From NCBI GenBank assembly GCA_003649205.1, contig QMRC01000014.1, positions 1 to 49,045 of the forward strand: a stretch of 49,045 bases of DNA, written 5' to 3'. Positions within the stretch are counted from its first letter, which is position 1. Each line of letters starts with the position of its first letter. The position numbers and the translations under genes are program-made. The stretch comes from Thermoprotei archaeon. Lineage in GTDB: Archaea > Thermoproteota > Thermoprotei > Thermoproteales > B15-G16. A model generated the notes under the pieces. The model searched no databases. It was not told where the DNA came from and saw only the letters and a list, made by a program, of their open reading frames with translations. Positions 42,042 to 49,045 of the stretch are shown here, one piece after another.

Positions 42042-42581
42042 TTATTGACGTTCATTATCAGATACTTTACGGCGTTCAACGAATATTCCGACCTGTTCGC
42101 CGATGCTCTCTATGTATATCACGTACATTGGATTGCTTAAGTTCACCTTAGCTTTATTTCGAAAATGCTGAAGTACTCTAGCACCAATTTCACGTTCAAC
42201 ATCTTCTTCACGGAAATCTCCTCCCACCTTCCTAAAGGTACATCTCACAGCAAATGTAAAATGGGGTAAGTCCCTAGTTTTCTCCTCAAGTAACGAGATT
42301 ACACATTGAGAGATCTCATCAACCTGCAATCTACATTCACGTTCAAAGGGCACTACACGAAATACGCCAGGGATTGGGTACTTCCGAAATCTCTCTAGCA
42401 AATCATCTACGTTCACATCAGCATGAAGTTCTACCAGGACTAAGCCAGCTAGATTAGGTACCTTACTAGCTCTAACACTACGGTCTATAGTGAATAGGAG
42501 GTCTCTAACATCTCGAATTACTCTAACCTCCTTACCTGGTTTCGTAGTTAGTAGTACCCTCAAGATCTTTGCACTACACAC
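42042..42581 (-). CDS. THUMP-domain RNA-binding protein
   Basis: TFAVRC, VEREIGA, KVNLSNPMYVIYIE. Confidence 0.85.
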   Translation of the reverse strand: MCSAKILRVLLTTKPGKEVRVIRDVRDLLFTIDRSVRASKVPNLAGLVLVELHADVNVDDLLERFRKYPIPGVFRVVPFERECRLQVDEISQCVISLLEEKTRDLPHFTFAVRCTFRKVGGDFREEDVEREIGARVLQHFRNKAKVNLSNPMYVIYIESIGEQVGIFVERRKVSDNERQ

Positions 42582-42613
42582 AATATAGCTTAAATCATGA
42601 TTGAGATAAAAAC

Positions 42614-43819
42614 CTAGTTCGTAACCTCTTTACTGAGGATACCACATCGCTTCTTCAAGAACTCATGGAACACCTCAATACTCACTGTAGGGAACTGAGG
42701 TAACTCCTTAACCCAAATAGATCTATACGCATCAGTGACCTCACCTAACTTAACAGCACCTCTAGCACATCCCTTCTCTATCTCCTTTCGGATACTATCT
42801 CTGAGAAGTGAAAACATCTTAGCAACCTTAGGTACGTACCTCCAAAGACCATACCTAATGAAATCACTGAAATCTACGTAATCTCGATACCACTTCTCAT
42901 AGCTCATCCTCAGTACGGAGTCTATTAAACCAGGGTCTTCGACCTCATCCACACTACTGATCAACACCTCATATGTTGATCTGTACGGACAGTAGGTACA
43001 GGAAACTCTAGAGAAACCTCTCAAGTACTGTGGATGAACGATACCTGTAGATTCACGACATATCTTAACGATGTCCACTATGGTCAGTGGGTAGATAGGT
43101 CTGAATTCTTTACCGCTAATGAAGGTACTTCGCTCTAGCAATGCCATTAATCTCTTAAACCTCTTCCTACACTCAAGCAATCTATCTCCAGTAACCTCAA
43201 AATCAGCACCAATAACCTTACGGATGCTCCTCAATGGTCTTACTTTGAGGTAGGTACACCATCTAGATCTTCTATAGGGTAATCCCTCCTTCATAAGGTA
43301 CTTCCTAACGATCCACCTAGGTGGTTCAAGTACCTCAATGTCAATACCTAATCTCTTACCAATTTCCATGACATAGTCAACATTTATCTTGGGTTCAAGG
43401 TATGGTATGTGTACGTAACATACATGGAGTCTGAACCTGACTAATTCCTGGAGCTTTAGTAGTATGATCAATGCAGCAGTACTATCTTTACCTCCACTGT
43501 ACGAGAGCAGTAGGGTCTTACCCTCTATATGCTTACCAACGAACTGCTGTAGGTACCTCACATAGCTATCGAGATCAGGTACTATCGAGTAGGGTGTTGG
43601 AGTTGTGTACTCGAACCACTGCTCTCTATCAACTACGTAGTCACCTAGTTTCAGTACACGATTCTTAACTAGTTCAAGTACCTCGATACCTAGGTCATCA
43701 AGCCATAGGTAGAGTTCGCTTACCTCTCCATCTAGTGTTAGGTATCCTGTAAACTCACAGCTGCTGCATATGAACTTAGTTACTTTGTTGCTGGTGATTA
43801 CTGGTTGTGGTTCTGTCAT
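42614..43819 (-). CDS. PAPS-reductase-family PP-loop protein with putative Fe-S cysteines
   Basis: SYSGGKDS, RWCTYLKVRPL, GDRLLE, HPQY..GFSRVSCTYCP. Confidence 0.82.
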   Translation of the reverse strand: MTEPQPVITSNKVTKFICSSCEFTGYLTLDGEVSELYLWLDDLGIEVLELVKNRVLKLGDYVVDREQWFEYTTPTPYSIVPDLDSYVRYLQQFVGKHIEGKTLLLSYSGGKDSTAALIILLKLQELVRFRLHVCYVHIPYLEPKINVDYVMEIGKRLGIDIEVLEPPRWIVRKYLMKEGLPYRRSRWCTYLKVRPLRSIRKVIGADFEVTGDRLLECRKRFKRLMALLERSTFISGKEFRPIYPLTIVDIVKICRESTGIVHPQYLRGFSRVSCTYCPYRSTYEVLISSVDEVEDPGLIDSVLRMSYEKWYRDYVDFSDFIRYGLWRYVPKVAKMFSLLRDSIRKEIEKGCARGAVKLGEVTDAYRSIWVKELPQFPTVSIEVFHEFLKKRCGILSKEVTN

Positions 43820-43882
43820 CGAAGTACAGCTTCTCTCATGGGGTTAAGGTTTACTACGTAGTTGCTTCTATTCCTGTGTTAG

Positions 43883-44605
43883 GTGATTCATGTGGTTAAG
43901 TTGTTGATTACTGTGTGGTTTCCTGATGAGGTTGAGGATGCTGTAGCTGGTGGTGCAGATGTCGTTGATGTTAAGGATCCTTCAGTGGGGAGTTTAGGTC
44001 TACCGAATCTAGGTGTAGTAGCTGAGGTCGTAGAGAGGGTACGTGGTGTGAGAGAGGTTAGTGTTGCTATTGGTGATGTGAGATGCCCGGGTAGGTATCT
44101 TGAGTACGTTGCCTATGCTGTGGCTAGGTTAGGTGTTTCCTATGTGAAGGTTGGTCTTGAGGTACCTAGTGTGGATTTGGGTACAGAAGTTGTGACTCAG
44201 GTAGTTGAAGGACTGAGATACTGCAGTGAGAAGCCAAAGCTTGTTATTGTGGGGTATGCAGATTATGTTAGGGTTAACTCGCTACCACCTATGAAGGTTC
44301 TTGAGGTAGCGTACAAGGTCTCAGCTGATGGCATTATGGTGGATACGAGAATTAAGGATGGTACCACCACATTCGATTACCTAACGAGTGAGTACCTCAA
44401 GTGCCTTGTAGCTAAAGCCAAGGACTATGGACTCTTCACAGCTGTTGCTGGTAGTTTGAAGAAGGAACACATACATAGATGTGTTGAATTGGGTTTCGAC
44501 GTCATTGGATTTAGATCAGCTGCGTGTGAGAGAGGTCGTCTAGGTAGGGTATCTCGTAAGCTTGTTGAGGAACTAAAGAGTGAAGTGCTTAGGTACGCGA
44601 AGTGA
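43883..44605 (+). CDS. mfnB: (5-formylfuran-3-yl)methyl phosphate synthase (DUF556), methanofuran biosynthesis
   Basis: GGADVVDVKDP..GSLG, VSVAIGD, YVKVGL, GYAD, MVDT..KDG, AGSL, IGFRSAAC. Confidence 0.88.
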   Translation: MIHVVKLLITVWFPDEVEDAVAGGADVVDVKDPSVGSLGLPNLGVVAEVVERVRGVREVSVAIGDVRCPGRYLEYVAYAVARLGVSYVKVGLEVPSVDLGTEVVTQVVEGLRYCSEKPKLVIVGYADYVRVNSLPPMKVLEVAYKVSADGIMVDTRIKDGTTTFDYLTSEYLKCLVAKAKDYGLFTAVAGSLKKEHIHRCVELGFDVIGFRSAACERGRLGRVSRKLVEELKSEVLRYAK

Positions 44606-44607
44606 TT

Positions 44608-45261
44608 CTAAGGTAGCAGTATGGTGTAGCTACCTTCCTCACCTCTGATTAGGTGATTGAGGAGCCAAGGCTTTAATCCATTGAACACCACAGTAGGTAC
44701 CTTCAATTCGCTAACTAGCTTAGGCACGTACTCATCAACAACATCAATCTTCCCACTAAACTCACTAACCTTAATTACATGCAGCAAGTTCCCTCTCTCA
44801 TCTACAATACCATCAACCACCTTGCTCAAGAGCACGGAATCTACGTGAAGTAGGTAGCCGATGTACACAGCAAGGGAGTCACTAGTCACAGACCAACTAC
44901 ATGGTAATTCCCCACCATGTCTCTTAAGTACTTCGTAAGGTAGGAGAACAGGTACCTTTTTCACACTCCAAACCTTAGATACCTCCCAAAGCGAGGAAAC
45001 TGACACTAGAGCATCGTGAAGTGACGCCACGTACACACCGTAGACCTCCATGGACTTAATAGCCATCCAGTGGGCAACGAAGTCACTGAGCCCAAGCTCA
45101 CTCTGTAACTCCCTAACTAAATCAGCAAATACACTACCACCAGGGACCAGTACGAAGTACACGTACTTACTAAGTTCAACAACCTTGTCAATTAACCTCT
45201 CTAGAGACTCTCTGTACCAAAGTAACTCACCACTAATCTTCAAGACAAATCTCTTCTTCAC
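44608..45261 (-). CDS. mfnE: Amino-acid-kinase family protein, MfnE-like furan-phosphate kinase
   Basis: VPGGSVFADLVR, AHWMAI, LPCSWSVTSDS, VDG; context among mfn genes. Confidence 0.78.
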   Translation of the reverse strand: MKKRFVLKISGELLWYRESLERLIDKVVELSKYVYFVLVPGGSVFADLVRELQSELGLSDFVAHWMAIKSMEVYGVYVASLHDALVSVSSLWEVSKVWSVKKVPVLLPYEVLKRHGGELPCSWSVTSDSLAVYIGYLLHVDSVLLSKVVDGIVDERGNLLHVIKVSEFSGKIDVVDEYVPKLVSELKVPTVVFNGLKPWLLNHLIRGEEGSYTILLP

Positions 45262-45263
45262 GA

Positions 45264-46337
45264 TTAAGCACCTCCGTGAACGAGCATCAACGCAGCGGCA
45301 TAAGCAGGGAACACACTCGATATCTCATGACCTACTAAATCTCGTATGCTAATTACTTCCTTAAAACCAGCTCTCACAGCTGCTACTCTAGCTAGGAACT
45401 CACCAATTCCTGCTGTTACAGCAGTGAAGGTATTGGGATCCATACCCTGTGAAGCTATCCTCGATCTAATCTGCATAAGAGCTTCAAATACCTTAAATAC
45501 CTGAACCTCGTAGATGTACCTAGCTAATTCACGAATCTCATACTCATTCATCATATCGACATCAGCACAGACAACCCTAGCAAGTCTCTCCATAGCTTCC
45601 CTAACTGACTTACCCCTACCATCAGCTGTCTCAGTAGTGTAGTCTTCAGGAGCTATGTTACTAAGTACTAGGTGCACATCACCCATCAATGCAAATCTCT
45701 CAAAGGAAACTCTAACCATGTACCCCTTGTAGGGAACCTTATCAACGAGAGCAGCTACATTACCTCTGAGAACACCGGTGTAAACGAGTTCACCACACTG
45801 AAGCTTTTCTGGATCTGTAAGACCAAGTACCTGAACCTTACCACCTACAATAGGTATTATCGTCGTTGTCGTACTACCGATATCGATGAACACTAGGTTA
45901 CGTATACCCCACTTACTACAGTACTTCTCTAGGAACCAAGCGCTAGCAGCCCAATTAGCAGCAGCAACCTTCAGGTAGTTCTTCACTGCCTCATCTCTAT
46001 CAACAAGCTTCATCTCAACAGTAACAAACTTTACATCACGGGCATCGTGAAATGCCTCGCAGACCGACCTTACAACATGCTCAACCCCTTCTCTCTTAAC
46101 ACGATATATGTCGCAGAGCTCAGCAGTCATGCATGCCGCCACGACATAGCTATCAATACCAGAGGTGAGTCTAGACTTGAGTTCACGGAGCTTCTTCTCA
46201 AGACCTACCTTACCGTGGATCCACAGTGGAAAGTACTCTCGAATAGTTTCAAGGAGCTTTACCTCATCTCCACTCACAAGTAGCTTAACGGCCTTCAAAT
46301 TAGCTCCACCAACGTCTAAACCAATGACATAAATCAC
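45264..46337 (-). CDS. mfnF: Hydantoinase/oxoprolinase-family protein, MfnF-like
   Basis: GLDVGGANLK, YFPLW, MTAELCD, AAANW, DIGSTTT, GELVYTG, RLARVVCAD. GTG start at 46337 preferred. Confidence 0.85.
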   Translation of the reverse strand: MIYVIGLDVGGANLKAVKLLVSGDEVKLLETIREYFPLWIHGKVGLEKKLRELKSRLTSGIDSYVVAACMTAELCDIYRVKREGVEHVVRSVCEAFHDARDVKFVTVEMKLVDRDEAVKNYLKVAAANWAASAWFLEKYCSKWGIRNLVFIDIGSTTTTIIPIVGGKVQVLGLTDPEKLQCGELVYTGVLRGNVAALVDKVPYKGYMVRVSFERFALMGDVHLVLSNIAPEDYTTETADGRGKSVREAMERLARVVCADVDMMNEYEIRELARYIYEVQVFKVFEALMQIRSRIASQGMDPNTFTAVTAGIGEFLARVAAVRAGFKEVISIRDLVGHEISSVFPAYAAALMLVHGGA

Positions 46338-46377
46338 GTAGATACCCTCAATAATGTAGAGGGAGGTGAGACGATAT

Positions 46378-47055
46378 ATGGTTCGTGTAATACCTGTACT
46401 CGACGTAATGGGAGGTCTCGTAGTACATGCAGTTGCTGGTAGGAGAGAGGAGTACAGACCCATATCAGGTAGTGTGGTCTCCCCAAGTCCGGATCCTAGA
46501 CATGTACTCTCGAGGCTCTACTCAATGGGGTTTAGGGAGATCTACATTGCCGATCTAGATGCGATAGTGGGTAGAGGTCGAAATGACTGGGTTCTAGAGC
46601 TAGCTACATCCATGGGGTTCAAGGTACTTGCTGACGTAGGTAGGAGGGGGTTAGAGCTTCAGGATAAAGCTAGTATTGAGTACGTTATCGGTACGGAGTA
46701 CCTGGAGTACCCAAGCGAACTAGATCTCATCAGCGGTAGAGTCATGAGTTTAGATTGCTTTGACTTCGATATTAGATTCAGGAACACAACTCTAAACCTA
46801 AGGAATGTACTACCTGAAGTAGTTCATAGAGCACCAAAGAAGATACTCCTTATTGATCTAAGTAAGGTAGGTACGATGCAGGGACCAAATACCGACCTAG
46901 TGAAGTTCGTACGTAGTAGCTATAGTGGAGAGCTAATTGTTGGTGGTGGTACTCGTGATGAAAGTGATGTACTACTGCTGAAGAGTATAGGTGTCGATGC
47001 TGTACTCGTAGCAACAGCTCTACACAGAGGTATTATCAAGAGAGTAGAGTACTAA
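46378..47055 (+). CDS. HisA/HisF-related TIM-barrel protein of C1-cofactor clusters
   Basis: IPVLDVMGGLVVHAVAGRREEYRP, YIADLDAI, DLSKVGT, VGGG, VLVATALH. Confidence 0.82.
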   Translation: MVRVIPVLDVMGGLVVHAVAGRREEYRPISGSVVSPSPDPRHVLSRLYSMGFREIYIADLDAIVGRGRNDWVLELATSMGFKVLADVGRRGLELQDKASIEYVIGTEYLEYPSELDLISGRVMSLDCFDFDIRFRNTTLNLRNVLPEVVHRAPKKILLIDLSKVGTMQGPNTDLVKFVRSSYSGELIVGGGTRDESDVLLLKSIGVDAVLVATALHRGIIKRVEY

Positions 47056-48202
47056 CAACATCAGCTAGGTACCTCAAATTCTGTGGAAGCAAAGTACGTA
47101 GTCTAGATTCAACATAACCTAAATCACCACAATCAACATGCATCATCTCGATGCTAATACCAGGAACGTATATGATCTCCTCTCCATTAACAAGACTAGG
47201 AAATTCCGTAAGAACATAGTACGAGTACCTATCTGAAATCAGTGGCACTCTAGTCTTCAGCTCTACATTACTAACAGCACTAAGGAGGTAAAGACCAGCT
47301 TTAGGACCGAGCAATTTGCTGAGACCAACATAGGAAGTAGTCAATCTAGGGTTAACCTCAACAACATAGAGAGAACCACCGTGATAGATAACATCAAAAC
47401 CAACGTAACCTCTTAAACCAGGTAACTCCTCAACAACTCTGCGTACTAGTGAAGTAGCTTCAAAAGCAAACCTACGTAGAGGGAGCAGACCACCATAGTA
47501 CCTAAAACCATGGTTAACACCAATGAATTGTAGGTTCAAGCTCAGGAGAGTAACATCACCATCACGAACGATAGCTGAGATACTCATGTGAGTACCAGGG
47601 ACGTACTCCTGAACTAGAGCATAACACACCTCACTACACGACAGAGCACGAGATACAGCACCCTTCAGCTCACTACATGAAGTAACCAGTGAGGTACCTG
47701 AACCACCAGCACAATCAACAGGCTTAGCAACAACAGGAAAACCAAGCTCAGAAACCTCAGGTATCGATAGGCTTCCGTGCACAAAGACCGTAGGTGGAAC
47801 ATCAATCCCCAACTCACCAAGTAACCTAATCGTAGCGAACTTATTGGAAAATAACTTAACCAATCTAGGTTCAGAACCAAGAAACCTATCACCAACAACA
47901 TCGACAACCCTAATCAACTGAGGTGGAGGAGCAATAGCAACAACATAGTCATACCGATCACAGTACTCACGAAGAAAATCAATGAGATCAAGCTCTCTCG
48001 GAACACATACAACACCTACACCTCTAGGTACAGTAACCCTACTCAACACATCAGGACACAAAGCTAAATCAACAGAGACACCACATGAAGCTAAATCCCT
48101 AGCAACGTAGTAAGCCATAGCAAAGCCCTCAGTAATGAACTCCTTAAGAGCATAGAGGTGCTTAGAGGAACAACACACATACTCAGCAACAAGAACCTCC
48201 AT
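47036..48202 (-). CDS. mfnD: ATP-grasp ligase, MfnD-like (tyramine-glutamate ligase)
   Basis: EG.AM near the N-terminus, IAP, KPVDCAGG, QEYVPG, GYVGFD, VEVNPRLTTSY. Confidence 0.75.
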   Translation of the reverse strand: MEVLVAEYVCCSSKHLYALKEFITEGFAMAYYVARDLASCGVSVDLALCPDVLSRVTVPRGVGVVCVPRELDLIDFLREYCDRYDYVVAIAPPPQLIRVVDVVGDRFLGSEPRLVKLFSNKFATIRLLGELGIDVPPTVFVHGSLSIPEVSELGFPVVAKPVDCAGGSGTSLVTSCSELKGAVSRALSCSEVCYALVQEYVPGTHMSISAIVRDGDVTLLSLNLQFIGVNHGFRYYGGLLPLRRFAFEATSLVRRVVEELPGLRGYVGFDVIYHGGSLYVVEVNPRLTTSYVGLSKLLGPKAGLYLLSAVSNVELKTRVPLISDRYSYYVLTEFPSLVNGEEIIYVPGISIEMMHVDCGDLGYVESRLRTLLPQNLRYLADVVSTLLS

Positions 48203-48261
48203 ACAGCAGTGGTAGAGTACTAAACGATTAATCTAATATTACTCAGAGACACAGAACAACA

Positions 48262-48714
48262 TCACCTACCGCACTCACTTTCAACAAGTTTAGAACATAG
48301 CTCATAGACGAACTTAGCCCTCTTGATTGCTTCTCGAGCATCAACCTCATCATACAACTCTTCAGGAGGTATCTCAGCCTCCTCATCACCGTACATAGCA
48401 GGACCACGATTATGAGCTAGATCCCTAGAGATCCTAGCTAACTCATCAACATGAACTCTAAACCACTCAGGAAATAGGTTCCTGTACTGCCTCAATACAT
48501 AACCAACATCATGAGCCCTAGGGTACTCAATACCTAGAAACCTCAAAACAGCCTTCAAACACAGCTCAATAGCTTCCTGACACAATCTAACAACCAAGTG
48601 AAAGTACCTCCTTTCAAGACAGATCTCAGCCAACTCAATTCTCCTACCAGCATCAACGAGGTAAGAGCGAACAAAATGAAGCTTACGCTCACTCAACAAG
48701 CTTAACCCCCACAA
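48262..48714 (-). CDS. HEPN-domain protein (MNT-HEPN partner)
   Basis: QEAIELCLKAVL, YPRAHDV, RGPAMYGDE. True start likely a TTG near 48696-48699. Confidence 0.88.
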   Translation of the reverse strand: MWGLSLLSERKLHFVRSYLVDAGRRIELAEICLERRYFHLVVRLCQEAIELCLKAVLRFLGIEYPRAHDVGYVLRQYRNLFPEWFRVHVDELARISRDLAHNRGPAMYGDEEAEIPPEELYDEVDAREAIKRAKFVYELCSKLVESECGR

Positions 48715-49045
48715 GCTCTATGAATGGATTACCCCTCTCAAAAACCCAGTACCACCTCCTACCTAACCAAACCCTCTTACCACCAAACAACGCAATGTAG
48801 CACCTAACTCTTTCGAGAACCCTCCTCAAAAAACCACCACGATCATACAGAATAACAGCATCCTCAACAAGATCGAGATACAGAGGTCTAAAGTACTTCG
48901 CCTCCTCAACACTAAGAACAACAGGACTTACACCAGTGTACATACCCCTCCTAGCTAACTCACACCTAAGATCCTCAACAGCATCAACAGCTCTAGAGAC
49001 CAACTCATACCTACGGAATCTAGACCTAGGAACAGACCTCATCAC
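48689..49045 (-). CDS. Minimal nucleotidyltransferase (MNT), 5' part outside window
   Basis: SPVVLSVEEA, LYLDLVEDAVILYD..GFL, KRVWLGRRWYW C-terminal pattern; overlaps the HEPN start. Confidence 0.75.
   Translation of the reverse strand: MMRSVPRSRFRRYELVSRAVDAVEDLRCELARRGMYTGVSPVVLSVEEAKYFRPLYLDLVEDAVILYDRGGFLRRVLERVRCYIALFGGKRVWLGRRWYWVFERGNPFIELVGVKLVE

Noticed and set aside
46338-46463. N-terminal extension of the mfnF ORF
   Set aside because: It overlaps the divergent HisA-like gene; family homology begins at VIGLDVGGAN.
1-49045. Many 60-170 aa antisense or alternate-frame ORFs in the track
   Set aside because: They are Ser/Leu-rich shadows lying within well-identified genes and carry no motifs.
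1-49045. CRISPR arrays, IS elements, rRNA genes and tRNA introns
   Set aside because: No spaced direct repeats, transposase motifs or rRNA sequence were seen, and the visible tRNA sequences are uninterrupted.

Overview
Archaeal (crenarchaeal, most likely Thermoproteales-related) chromosomal window made up mostly of core information-processing genes. In order these are the rpoH-B-A'-A''-L30e-nusA-S12 operon running directly into rpoD-L18e-L13-S9-rpoN, then ileS, Sm protein, mat, DUF460, rio2, pyrG, S13-S4-S11, L34e-cmk-L14e-cbf5, EF-1alpha-S10, archease-rtcB-S7-rfcS-rfcL and orc1/cdc6. It holds three tRNA genes (partial His-GTG, Ser-GGA, Ser-CGA) and two unannotated C/D-box guide RNAs. The left edge is a tRNA-His-anchored accessory patch: a 39-nt tRNA minihelix (acceptor stem + T-arm + G-CCA) abutting the tRNA-His discriminator, a free-standing LAGLIDADG endonuclease, a PaREP1 gene, an ADH and a flippase. 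The right edge has a compact methanofuran-biosynthesis-like cluster (mfnB, mfnE, mfnF, HisA-like, mfnD), unexpected in this lineage, followed by an MNT-HEPN pair. All calls come from motif recognition by eye; no searches were run.
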